Source: a virus (lineage: Duplodnaviria > Caudoviricetes). From it: DNA of 41,857 bases. Below the pieces are notes generated by a model that was not told where the DNA came from, did no database searches, and was given only the letters and a program-made list of their open reading frames with translations. Numbering within the stretch: the stretch's first letter is position 1; each line of letters begins with the position of its first letter. Location: positions 1-41,857 of the IMG/VR virus record IMGVR_UViG_3300009678_000032; one strand, 5' to 3'. Positions 1-7,790 of this stretch are shown piece by piece. A program made the translations under genes and the position numbers.

Positions 1-123
1 CCGCGGTCGCCTGGCCGGTGCGCCAGTCGCCGAGCTTGGCTCCGTGGCTCTGCCACAGGCCGCCCTGGCCGACATCGATGCCGGACTGTGCGCCAGCCAC
101 CGTGTTGGCCTGCTGCAGCCACG
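1..123. repeat. 123-bp direct terminal repeat, copy 1 (circular contig overlap)
   Basis: Identical to 41735-41857; joining the ends restores a continuous minus-strand ORF. Confidence 0.95.
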
Positions 124-559
124 GCATCAGGTTGTTGGCGTAGGTGAAGTAGCCCTTCTGCATCAGGTCGGCGGTGTTGTCGGAGACCGCCTGCAGATTG
201 TTCGACGAGGCGCTGAGCCCCATCGACGCCATGCGACGTTGGATTTCGTCGTTCGACCGGGTGAGACCGGTGCCGTAGGCGCCCGAGCTCTCGTAGGCCG
301 CGCGCGCCCGCGCCAGGCCTTCAGGACCGTTGGCGCCAGAGGCATCGGCGGCGGCGTCGTAGCCGCTCTTGGCGGTCGCCACCAGCGGCTCCCAGCGACC
401 GGTCGCAGTGTTGAAATACTGCGACGCCTTCTCGGTGCCCTCGGTGAGATATTTCGAGGCCTCGCCAAAGCCGGCGGCACGGGCGGCGCGCGCGTTGGCC
501 TCGGCCTCGAGTGCCGGCTCGCCAGTAAACAGTCCGGTCAGGTTGTCCCAAATACCCAT
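1..559 (-). CDS. DNA ejection/pilot protein (P22 gp7-like), 5' part; gene wraps the origin and ends at 41556 (245 aa in total)
   Basis: ATG at 559 (TGATG overlap with the upstream gene); MGIWDNLTGLFTGEPALEAEANARAARAAG... is Gly/Ala-rich; open across the join (559+179=738 nt); follows the tail hub and precedes two larger internal virion genes. Confidence 0.7.
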   Translation of the reverse strand, partial: MGIWDNLTGLFTGEPALEAEANARAARAAGFGEASKYLTEGTEKASQYFNTATGRWEPLVATAKSGYDAAADASGANGPEGLARARAAYESSGAYGTGLTRSNDEIQRRMASMGLSASSNNLQAVSDNTADLMQKGYFTYANNLMPWLQQANTVAGAQSGIDVGQGGLWQSHGAKLGDWRTGQATA

Positions 560-717
560 CACGGCACCTGTGCAAGTACGATGCGGAGGAGCGTCTCCAC
601 ACCCTTGAGGTAGCTGTACCACTCGGTCGTGAATGTGCCGTTCGGCCGCAGCACCGGCATCTCCGGCGGCGGGATCGGCGGCAGCTGCGGCGAAGTGATC
701 GGAAATTGCAGCGCCAT
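559..717 (-). CDS. small hypothetical virion-module protein (52 aa)
   Basis: MALQFPITSPQLPPIPPPEMPVLRPNGTFTTEWYSYLK...; TGATG coupling on both sides. Confidence 0.7.
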   Translation of the reverse strand: MALQFPITSPQLPPIPPPEMPVLRPNGTFTTEWYSYLKGVETLLRIVLAQVP

Positions 718-2192
718 CAGGCGGCATCCCTCTGCTTGATGCGGGGCATGTCGCCGTTCATCAGCGACACGTAGACCGGATCGGAGCAACGCAGACGCCA
801 GACCCGACCGTACGGCCCTAGTGATCCGGTCAAAAATACCCGGATGAGCTGTTTGGAATTGCGCTGCCCTCCGAGCTCACGGAGTTCTGGATAGGTAAAA
901 TTCTCGCCACCGTCATCCGACCACGAGATCTCGACCCGCGGATTGACGCGGGTGCTGTCGTCGATCGTCGACACGATCGCGGTGCCTTCCACGATGTCGA
1001 TCTCGCCGACGCCGACGACGAACTCAAAGTGGACCGGGCCGACCACCGCGCGGTTGGGGAAGCCCTTCGTTGGCACCGCATCGACCTGCCAGATCAGCGG
1101 CCGCTCGAACTCACGCCGGCGATCGGCGCGGATCCAGCCGATCACCGCGCTGTCGGCATCGCCTACCAGCCATCGCGTGCCGGTGTAGATCGCTTGCAGC
1201 AGCCGTGACGTGGTCGACAGATAGCTCTGCCGCTCGGCCCAGGTCTGCGTGGTGAAATCGTAGACCCAGCACCACTCGTTGGTGCGCACCTTCAGGTAGG
1301 CGTGGTTGTCGCCGAAATACGACGTACACTCGATCCTGGTCTTGTCGATCGTCGCCTCGATCGAGCGCTCGACGTCGGACGTTGAGATCCGCTCCGGCAG
1401 GTAGCCGTTGAGCCGGCAGACCTGGTGATTGTTGCCGACAAAACAGACCCCGAGGTCGACGCCATTCTCAAACCCGCTGCAGGCCTTGTTGGAGATCATG
1501 CCGCGCGGGATCGTGGTGATCTTGTTGAGCACGAACTGGCCGGCCGCAGTGTTGATCGGCTTGCCCCAGACCTCGATGCTCTCCTTGCCCATGATGTAGA
1601 GCTGGTCGCCAAAATAGATCAGCCGCAGTGCGCCGTCGGGCTTGCTCTCGGCAGTCGCAAACGCCACCGCGTCGGGAGTGTTGGGCAGGCTCGAGCAGTA
1701 CACCCGGCCATTCGGCAGGAGGTAGAAGAAGAACCCGGTGCCGTACACGACGTCGATCGCGGTGCCGGCATTGGTGATCGGCGAGGTGGTGATGCCGGCC
1801 GCGGTGTATTCGTAGGCGCCGCCGGCCGACGCCGGCACCAGGATCTGATGCGGCGGCTGCGCCTGGTCGCGAGCGAAGAACACCGGCCCGCCGCCCGCCA
1901 TGATGATCGCCCCGGGCCCGATGTCGCCGTAGGTTGGCGTCCCCTCATTAAAGCTGACCAGGTGATTGTCGAACGCCACGTAGACCGTGCCCTCGACAAA
2001 CGTCATGCCGCGAAAATTCTCGAGCTCGAGCGCGCCCGGATTGCCGTAGCTCTCGACGCCTGGCTGGCGGATGATCTTGAACGGCACCGAGGCGCCCTCC
2101 CCGATCGGCTCCGCCACCGCGTTGATCAGCCGGCCGGCGCTCTCCTGCGGACGCCGGCCAGGCGATGAGCTCTTCGGGAATTGAATGCGGAT
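717..2192 (-). CDS. tail hub / packaged DNA stabilisation protein (P22 gp10-like); start uncertain
   Basis: Beta-propeller-like sequence (FATAESKPD, SIEVW, WVYDFTTQTWAER, ISWSDDGGENF, GRVWRLRCSDPV); frame stays open upstream of GTG 2117 (IRIQFPKSSSPGRRPQESAGRLINA). Confidence 0.85.
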   Translation of the reverse strand: MRIQFPKSSSPGRRPQESAGRLINAVAEPIGEGASVPFKIIRQPGVESYGNPGALELENFRGMTFVEGTVYVAFDNHLVSFNEGTPTYGDIGPGAIIMAGGGPVFFARDQAQPPHQILVPASAGGAYEYTAAGITTSPITNAGTAIDVVYGTGFFFYLLPNGRVYCSSLPNTPDAVAFATAESKPDGALRLIYFGDQLYIMGKESIEVWGKPINTAAGQFVLNKITTIPRGMISNKACSGFENGVDLGVCFVGNNHQVCRLNGYLPERISTSDVERSIEATIDKTRIECTSYFGDNHAYLKVRTNEWCWVYDFTTQTWAERQSYLSTTSRLLQAIYTGTRWLVGDADSAVIGWIRADRRREFERPLIWQVDAVPTKGFPNRAVVGPVHFEFVVGVGEIDIVEGTAIVSTIDDSTRVNPRVEISWSDDGGENFTYPELRELGGQRNSKQLIRVFLTGSLGPYGRVWRLRCSDPVYVSLMNGDMPRIKQRDAA

Positions 2193-2204
2193 CTCATCCT
2201 CCCC

Positions 2205-2573
2205 TCAGAAATAATCCGGCACCTGCGGCACGTAGGCCGGGCCGGAGTTTTTTATCGCGCGCAGCCGGTTCTCCGGCGAGAACGGGCTATCCTCCTTGGC
2301 GAACATCGCCTCGGTCTCCTCATTGGAGATCGAGAACTTGTTCGCCATCATCCGCGCCAATGCCTGGCTGAGCGCAGTGAGATACTCAGCCGGAATGGCA
2401 TCGGCATCGGCGATCGGCACGATGTGGCGCGCCGCCAGCTCCTTCAGCGCGCTGTCGAGGCTCTTGTCGACCGTATCGATCTCGGAGGCGGCGGCGGGCT
2501 GGCCGGCAGCCGTCACCTTGAGCTCCTCGAGGATCTCGAGCACCAGGCGGTTGCGATCGACATAGGCCTCCAT
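2205..2573 (-). CDS. head-to-tail adaptor (P22 gp4-like)
   Basis: 122-aa helical protein (ILEELKVTAAGQP..., ends VPDYF) between the capsid genes and the hub. Confidence 0.7.
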   Translation of the reverse strand: MEAYVDRNRLVLEILEELKVTAAGQPAAASEIDTVDKSLDSALKELAARHIVPIADADAIPAEYLTALSQALARMMANKFSISNEETEAMFAKEDSPFSPENRLRAIKNSGPAYVPQVPDYF

Positions 2574-2576
2574 GGC

Positions 2577-2975
2577 TTATCGCCTCCGCTTGGGGATGGC
2601 TTGGATCTTGGGTTTGCGCTTGGCGTGCTTGTCCTCGTCGTCGCCAATCTCCTCGCCATCCTCTTCGCTGGTGTCGTACTCCTCGACGTCGCCGACCTTG
2701 AACGACGTCGGCATGTTGGGAGCCTTCTTGAGGATGTGCTCGTAGACCAGCTTGAGATCAGGCGACGGCGCCTGGTCAGGGTCGATCAGCACCGGCTTGT
2801 CTTTGTCAAACCGCACCCGCGCCCAGTACATGAAGGACGGGCCGGCAGCTGGCTGCCGCTCCATGTCGCCGTCCTCGCCCTCCTGGAGCGTGTAGTGTTG
2901 ATCCTCCTCACCAAGCCAGGTCACCAGCTTGGGAACCGGTTTTTCAACCGGCTTTGGCGTCGTTGCGTCGGCCAT
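2577..2975 (-). CDS. hypothetical protein, head module
   Basis: GGGAGG RBS; acidic/basic C-terminus; operon context. Confidence 0.7.
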   Translation of the reverse strand: MADATTPKPVEKPVPKLVTWLGEEDQHYTLQEGEDGDMERQPAAGPSFMYWARVRFDKDKPVLIDPDQAPSPDLKLVYEHILKKAPNMPTSFKVGDVEEYDTSEEDGEEIGDDEDKHAKRKPKIQAIPKRRR

Positions 2976-3007
2976 CGAGACCTCCCGTTCGTGACGGCGG
3001 AATGCCG

Positions 3008-3388
3008 TCAGGTGGTGAAAGGTATCGTAACCTCGAGCTCGCCGGCAGTCGCGCCCGTAAGAACGGCCCGCGCGTAGATCGGTGTCGCCACGGTGAAGGC
3101 GAGTGCCACACCGGTATCGACCGGCACGACGGTCGCGCCAGCCTCGGTGATGTCAGCGGCGCCGAGGATGTTGTCCTGCGAGCCATTGGTACCGACCGTC
3201 ACGCTTGGTGTGGTGCCGTTGAAGGGCGTGATCACGCGAGCTGTTGCCGGCATCAATTGCATGCCGGGCTGCACGGTTGACTTCCAGATACCGAGGGCGG
3301 CGTTCGGTTCGTCAAACCTCAGGCGGAACTTGATGACGCCGACATAGCCCTTGGCGTCCGGGGCTGGAATGATTGTGTTCGGTCGCAT
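3008..3388 (-). CDS. putative capsid decoration/cement protein
   Basis: AAGGAG RBS; 126-aa beta-rich protein (VITPFNGTTPSVTVGT...GATAGELEVTIPF) directly after the major capsid gene. Confidence 0.6.
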   Translation of the reverse strand: MRPNTIIPAPDAKGYVGVIKFRLRFDEPNAALGIWKSTVQPGMQLMPATARVITPFNGTTPSVTVGTNGSQDNILGAADITEAGATVVPVDTGVALAFTVATPIYARAVLTGATAGELEVTIPFTT

Positions 3389-3415
3389 CTGCGATCTCCT
3401 TGCGATGTGAGGGGT

Positions 3416-3437
3416 CGGGGCCGCATGCGCGGCCCCG
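3416..3437 (-). terminator. GC hairpin after the major capsid gene (terminator or mRNA stabiliser)
   Basis: CGGGGCCGC-atgc-GCGGCCCCG; no U-tract, so function is uncertain. Confidence 0.4.
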
Positions 3438-3445
3438 TAGAGATC

Positions 3446-4600
3446 TTAGATCGCGGACGCGGCGAAGAACCCGGTGACCACGCCCCACTGCTTGAGGACG
3501 GAGGTGGTCTTGGGGTGCTTCTTGAACACCTTGCCGACGCCGTAGCACATCTCGATGCCCGAGCCGGTGACGAACTGGTAGTCGTCCTCCTTCAGGAACG
3601 TCGGACGCGCCATCTGGCCCCAGCCCATCGCGACGGCTGACTGGCCGCACAGGAACACCGGGTGCGCAAGCACGGCGCTGCCGTTGGTGAGGTTGGCGTT
3701 CCAGGGGCCACCGGCCGTGACGTACGGGTCGATGTCCGGGATCTCCCTCGCGATCACGCCGTCGTACACCAAATCTCCGTCCTGGAAGATCGGGTTGTCG
3801 TTCATGCCGCGGCCTTCGCGGGGCCGGGCATCCTTGTTGACGAGCTTGAGATCCTCCTTGAGATCGCGGAAGCACAAGCCGTCGACGAAGGCCACGAAAT
3901 ACTCGCGGCCGTCCTCGATCTTGAATGGACGGATGCGCGGGTTGGCCTGCTTGGCGATGTACTTCATCAACGACAGCGCCTTGCCACTCAGCAGATCGGT
4001 GGTGGTGTCGAGCGTGTTGATGGCGGTCAGGAACGTGGTCGAGTAGTTCGCCTTGGTGGCGCCAAACAACACGCGATCGGCGTTGTCGGTCACCCAGGTG
4101 TTGCGCTGCGCGGCGCTCCCGGCCTCCCACAACAGGCCGTTGACGCGCTGACCGTTGTCACTGGCCAGGCCGGCGGGTGCCGCCTCGACCGGGATTGCCA
4201 TCAGCGCCTCGATGATCTCGTCGCGCTGCAGCTCCTTGCCCCAGTCGCTCAGGAGAGGCTTGGCCTCGCCAAAACTGTCGGCGCTGTCGATCTGCTGCTG
4301 GTACTTGTTGGTCTTGACCGCGTTGCGGGCGAAATCGACGTAGAGCCGATAGCCGTAGTCGTCGATCGCCTCTTCGTTGTCGACCAGTTTGCCGGTTGAC
4401 CGCCCGACCGCACGCAGGCGGCTGACGAGCGGGATGTTCATCTGCTCGCCGCCCTTCTTGAGCTCGTTGCGGACGCGGATGATCGCCGTGATGCTCTCGC
4501 CCATGTACGGGCTGAACAGGTTCTCGCGAACGTATTCGCGATTGATCTGCTGGGTGTAGAGCGTGAGCTTATTGTTATTTTGAACTTCAGAGAGCGCCAT
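3446..4600 (-). CDS. major capsid protein (DUF4043 / N4-gp56-like, HK97 fold)
   Basis: 384 aa; REYVRENLFSPYMG, LVDNEEAID, NPIFQDGDLVYDGVI, FLCGQSAVAMGWG, EDDYQF; follows the scaffold gene. Confidence 0.9.
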   Translation of the reverse strand: MALSEVQNNNKLTLYTQQINREYVRENLFSPYMGESITAIIRVRNELKKGGEQMNIPLVSRLRAVGRSTGKLVDNEEAIDDYGYRLYVDFARNAVKTNKYQQQIDSADSFGEAKPLLSDWGKELQRDEIIEALMAIPVEAAPAGLASDNGQRVNGLLWEAGSAAQRNTWVTDNADRVLFGATKANYSTTFLTAINTLDTTTDLLSGKALSLMKYIAKQANPRIRPFKIEDGREYFVAFVDGLCFRDLKEDLKLVNKDARPREGRGMNDNPIFQDGDLVYDGVIAREIPDIDPYVTAGGPWNANLTNGSAVLAHPVFLCGQSAVAMGWGQMARPTFLKEDDYQFVTGSGIEMCYGVGKVFKKHPKTTSVLKQWGVVTGFFAASAI

Positions 4601-4770
4601 GATTGACCCCTGTGGTCAGGCGCGCGTGCGCACAGCATGATGGGGCGCGCGAGCGCCAATGTTGCGGGATGGACATCACACGGTGCGAGGCTCTCGCGCT
4701 CTCGCGGCGCTACACCGATCTCGCTCGGTGCCAGCGTGTGCCAGGATCTCGCTCCTGGCCGGCGAGCTCA
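4601..4770 (-). ncRNA. structured 5' leader of the capsid gene with three GCGAGA-loop hairpins
   Basis: GCCAGGA-GCGAGA-TCCTGGC; GCACCGA-GCGAGA-TCGGTGT; GCGAG(A)GC-GCGAGA-GCCTCGC; plus a TGACC/GGTCA hairpin over the RBS. Confidence 0.55.
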
Positions 4771-4772
4771 CA

Positions 4773-4800
4773 GCTATAACCAGAGTTCACATCAGATCAA
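4773..4800 (-). promoter_or_regulatory. putative sigma70 promoter for the capsid gene
   Basis: TTGATC-N16-TATAGC just upstream of the structured leader. Confidence 0.45.
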
Positions 4801-5939
4801 CGGCGCTGCCCTGATGCCGGCGGCGCCATTGCACCGCGGAAGAGATCGTTGTCGGAGAGCGAGACGCCGTGGCCGTAGTCGACCGTGCCACCGTTGGCGC
4901 CGCCGTCACCTGATGCGCCGCGCATGTTCGACAGCGACGGTGGCAGCACGACCTCGTGCCTGGCCTGCGATCGCGGCTGTTGCGGCTGCTGGCGGCCATT
5001 TGGTTGCTGCGGTGGCGGAGATCCTGCGGGAGGCAAGCCGCGCGCCTGGTTCTGCGCCGCCTCTACCGCGCGCGCCAGGAATTGTGGGTTGGCCAGCGCC
5101 GCCTCGAGCTGCCGCGCCATCCACTGCTGCGGATTGCCGCCGATCTCCTGCAAGACGCGCTGGTTGTTGTACCAGTTCATGATCCGCTCGCCGGGGTCGG
5201 GATCGTTGACCACCGATCGCGCGAAGTCCGGCGCCTGCCGGCCGGCCTCGAGGAAGGCATCGTAGGCCGCCTGGAAGTTGGCCTTGCCGACCTCGATCGC
5301 GGTCATGCGGAGATTGTTCTCCAGCATGACCGCGCGCAGTCCCTGGCTGAACTGCTCCTCCATGCCGCGTTGATAGCCCACCGGGTCAATCACGGGATCC
5401 GGCAGCTGTGGAGCCTGCTGCTGCGGCGCCTGCCGCTGCGGCGGCTGCGTCATCCGCTCGACCATCTGCAGCATGCGATCGTACTGTTGCTGCATGTTGG
5501 CGAGCTGCGCCTGGTGGCGCTCGGTCTGCTCCCGCATCCGCCAGGTGGGCACCATCGGCGGCTCTTGGCCGTCGGGGCCGAGGAGTTGCGGACCCCCCTG
5601 ATGACTTTGCCGGGGGTCTGCAACCCCTGCCTGGCCTTGGCGGGCGTTGTGGTCCGCGACCTGCTGCGGCGAGGCGAACTGGCCGCGCGAATTGCGCAGG
5701 CGGCCCTCAGCGTCGAGCTGCAGCTCGTCGGGGGGTGTCCCAGGCTCCGCGGCCGGTGGGACACCCTGCGGAGCGGACGGCAGACCGCCGGGTAGGGTGG
5801 GGTCGCCGCCCGCCTCCGCGGGGTCGGACGATGGCGCGGGAGCCTCCGGCGCCATCGCACCGCGGAACAATTCCTCGCTGGTTAGACCAACGTCCTCGGC
5901 CTCGCCCATTGGGGGGCCTCCGGCTGCTGCCATGTCCAC
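4797..5939 (-). CDS. capsid scaffolding protein
   Basis: Pro/Gln-rich; RNSRGQFA, MVPTWRMREQTER, PDPVIDPVGY, DPGERIMNWY, LPPSLSN; upstream of the capsid gene; GGAGAA RBS (start 5939 or 5933). Confidence 0.8.
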   Translation of the reverse strand: MDMAAAGGPPMGEAEDVGLTSEELFRGAMAPEAPAPSSDPAEAGGDPTLPGGLPSAPQGVPPAAEPGTPPDELQLDAEGRLRNSRGQFASPQQVADHNARQGQAGVADPRQSHQGGPQLLGPDGQEPPMVPTWRMREQTERHQAQLANMQQQYDRMLQMVERMTQPPQRQAPQQQAPQLPDPVIDPVGYQRGMEEQFSQGLRAVMLENNLRMTAIEVGKANFQAAYDAFLEAGRQAPDFARSVVNDPDPGERIMNWYNNQRVLQEIGGNPQQWMARQLEAALANPQFLARAVEAAQNQARGLPPAGSPPPQQPNGRQQPQQPRSQARHEVVLPPSLSNMRGASGDGGANGGTVDYGHGVSLSDNDLFRGAMAPPASGQRR

Positions 5940-5947
5940 GTTCTCCG

Positions 5948-5967
5948 GTGATTTGCCGGCAAATTAC
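5948..5967. promoter_or_regulatory. palindrome just upstream of the scaffold RBS (candidate operator or hairpin)
   Basis: Perfect 14-bp ATTTGCCGGCAAAT at 5951-5964 within a near-perfect 20-mer. Confidence 0.4.
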
Positions 5968-6006
5968 TCCTGGAATGATTTGTTCACCATAGCCCTCAAT
6001 GAATGC

Positions 6007-6035
6007 TTGACAGGTCTCAACGTATCGTGTACATC
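6007..6035 (+). promoter_or_regulatory. sigma70 early promoter with operator-like spacer
   Basis: TTGACA-N17-TACATC; the spacer carries AACGTATCGTG, shared with other promoters. Confidence 0.75.
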
Positions 6036-6072
6036 AGCATTCATGTTGATGACGACAACAGGAGAGACCGAG

Positions 6073-6276
6073 ATGACCAGCCCGATCGATCGCATCTACA
6101 TCTTCGCCCTCGACGTCGAGCACAACGAGAGCACCCGCGTCGAGATCGTCGGGGCCGGCGGCCTCAGCGACGTCCGCTACAGCGACTTTGAGACCCGCGA
6201 CGAGGCCATCGCCTACGCCGAGCGCGTCGGCGGCTACTACGGCGCCCAAGTGGTCGAGCTGGAGCCAGCACAATGA
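6073..6276 (+). CDS. small early hypothetical protein (67 aa)
   Basis: AGGAGAG RBS; MTSPIDRIYIF...FETRDEAIAYAE. Confidence 0.75.
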   Translation: MTSPIDRIYIFALDVEHNESTRVEIVGAGGLSDVRYSDFETRDEAIAYAERVGGYYGAQVVELEPAQ

Positions 6277-6280
6277 CCGA

Positions 6281-6330
6281 CGGCACCGGCCGGGCAAACC
6301 CGCTCTTGAGCGGCGCATCCGGCCGGGCCG
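6281..6330 (+). other. intergenic stem-loop (possible RNA processing or stability element)
   Basis: CGGC-A-CCGGCCGG/CCGGCCGG-GCCG outer stem; inner CCGCT-CTTG-AGCGG. Confidence 0.45.
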
Positions 6331-6355
6331 CCACCACCCACGGAGGACCACGAGA

Positions 6356-6529
6356 ATGATCAAGGTAACCGTAGCCGGCCACGCCATCCTGACTGGCAAG
6401 GGCGGCGAGCTCGATCGCGAGCCGATCTATCGCGACGACGAGCACGCCATCCGGGAGGCCGTGCAGACCCTTGCCGCGCGCTGCACCATCGAGTTTGGCG
6501 ACGTCATCACCATCGACGTCGCGTTCTGA
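6356..6529 (+). CDS. small early hypothetical protein (57 aa)
   Basis: GGAGG RBS; MIKVTVAGHAILTGKGG... Confidence 0.7.
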   Translation: MIKVTVAGHAILTGKGGELDREPIYRDDEHAIREAVQTLAARCTIEFGDVITIDVAF

Positions 6530-6562
6530 CCACCCACCACCCACTAACCTGGAGGCCACACC

Positions 6563-6877
6563 ATGCGTGCCGTCAAGACCAAGCCCCGCGCCCTGCCGTT
6601 CTCGGTCGCGGCTACCGTCGACGCCCTTGGCGTCGTCAAGAGCGAGATCGCCTCGCTCGAGGCCGATGAGCAGCGCCTGCGGGCCCTGCTGATCTCGGCC
6701 GGCCCGGGCTCCTACAACGGAGACCTGTACGATGCCTCGGTCGCGATCGCCGAGCGCAACACCCTGGACATGGAGGCGGTGCGTGCCAAGCTAAGCCCCC
6801 AGTTCATCGCCGCGCACACGCGCACCAAGACCGTCGACATCGTCAAGGTGACGGCGCGCAAGGGAGGCGGCAAGTGA
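6563..6877 (+). CDS. early hypothetical protein (104 aa)
   Basis: GGAGG RBS; VDALGVVKSEIASLEADE coiled coil; LDMEAVRAKLSPQFIAAHT. Confidence 0.8.
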   Translation: MRAVKTKPRALPFSVAATVDALGVVKSEIASLEADEQRLRALLISAGPGSYNGDLYDASVAIAERNTLDMEAVRAKLSPQFIAAHTRTKTVDIVKVTARKGGGK

Positions 6878-6972
6878 TCAATCACTCGTTCGCCGAGGAC
6901 GTGGGGGCGGTCGTCGCCCTCACGCTCTTCCTAGCCACGATCGCCGTCTGGGCGATCATCCTGGGAGGCTGA
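6874..6972 (+). CDS. 32-aa single-TM membrane peptide
   Basis: GGGAGG RBS, GTGA overlap; MINHSFAEDVGAVVALTLFLATIAVWAIILGG; absent from the ORF track. Confidence 0.65.
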   Translation: MINHSFAEDVGAVVALTLFLATIAVWAIILGG

Positions 6973-6974
6973 CC

Positions 6975-7187
6975 ATGGAGTTCCTGTTCATCATCGTCGT
7001 CCTGGGCGCTGTCCTCTGGGCCTGGGGTCGATCCAGCGGTATCTCGATCAAGAGCTTTCATCCAATCCGACCGTGGCGGCCCCTGACGCCACCATCAATC
7101 CCGCCTGACAGCCTACTCGAGCGGCTGGCGCCGATCGGCTTTGTCCTCATCGCTGGTCTCGCCTGGGCGATCGGGGTGCTGCCGTGA
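6975..7187 (+). CDS. small membrane protein, two hydrophobic segments (70 aa)
   Basis: GGAGG RBS; hydrophobic N- and C-termini. Confidence 0.7.
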   Translation: MEFLFIIVVLGAVLWAWGRSSGISIKSFHPIRPWRPLTPPSIPPDSLLERLAPIGFVLIAGLAWAIGVLP

Positions 7188-7327
7188 CCACCGTCACGAT
7201 CACGCTGGTCGTCATCAGCGGCATCCTGCTGCTGATCGGCGCCGGCGTGTTCGTCCTGATCTGCTGGCTCGAGCACGACCAGAACAACCGCGACTACCCA
7301 CCACGCAAAGACCCACCACCAAAGTAG
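7184..7327 (+). CDS. 47-aa single-TM membrane protein
   Basis: GTGA overlap; MTTVTITLVVISGILLLIGAGVFVLICWLEHDQNNRDYPPRKDPPPK; absent from the ORF track. Confidence 0.65.
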   Translation: MTTVTITLVVISGILLLIGAGVFVLICWLEHDQNNRDYPPRKDPPPK

Positions 7328-7336
7328 GAGGCCACA

Positions 7337-7519
7337 GTGCAACGCTACATCGTTGAGATCCTGCCCCGCGGCGAGCACGCTTGGTGCCGCAACGGGCTCA
7401 CCTTTGACAGCCAGAAGGCGGCCGAGGAGTATGCCACCGAGCTCATGGCTCGCTGGTTTGGTGCCAGCCGCTTTCGGATCGTGCCGGCGCCGGGAGGTTG
7501 CGATGGCTGTGCTGGCTAG
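7337..7519 (+). CDS. small early hypothetical protein (60 aa)
   Basis: AGGAGG RBS; WCRNGLTFDSQKAAEEYATELMARW. Confidence 0.75.
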   Translation: MQRYIVEILPRGEHAWCRNGLTFDSQKAAEEYATELMARWFGASRFRIVPAPGGCDGCAG

Positions 7520-7733
7520 TATCACCCCGCTCGGCGGTCTCACCAGCGCAGAGCCTGTGCTCTCCGCTGAGGACATCCGCCGGATCAGGCTCGAGCTGCA
7601 GGATCTCGTCGAGGCGATCGGTCCCCGTGACGCCATGGGGATCGTCAACCTCGACTACCAGCAGCGCCACCGGATCGAGGCCTTCATCGAGTGGCTCGAG
7701 GATGCCTTCGGGCCAAACGAGATGGATGAATAA
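7503..7733 (+). CDS. small early hypothetical protein (76 aa)
   Basis: GGGAGG RBS before ATG 7503. Confidence 0.7.
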   Translation: MAVLASITPLGGLTSAEPVLSAEDIRRIRLELQDLVEAIGPRDAMGIVNLDYQQRHRIEAFIEWLEDAFGPNEMDE

Positions 7734-7738
7734 CGGGT

Positions 7739-7767
7739 TTGCGCCGGCAGTCCGTCAATGGTAGATT
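7739..7767 (+). promoter_or_regulatory. putative sigma70 promoter inside an inverted repeat (7743-7783)
   Basis: TTGCGC-N17-TAGATT with extended -10 TG; no ORF follows on this strand. Confidence 0.5.
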
Positions 7768-7790
7768 GAACGGACTGTCCGGCTACGCAG

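Noticed and set aside
1-123. Biological direct terminal repeat (T7-like ends)
   Set aside because: The repeat lies in the middle of a gene that is restored on circularisation; most likely assembler overlap
4680-4760. Mini-CRISPR array or tRNA
   Set aside because: The repeats are only 6-10 nt with no spacer periodicity; no cloverleaf or T-loop consensus here or elsewhere
6300-6308. Lambda boxA (CGCTCTT) nut site
   Set aside because: Buried in a hairpin; no boxB or N-like gene recognised
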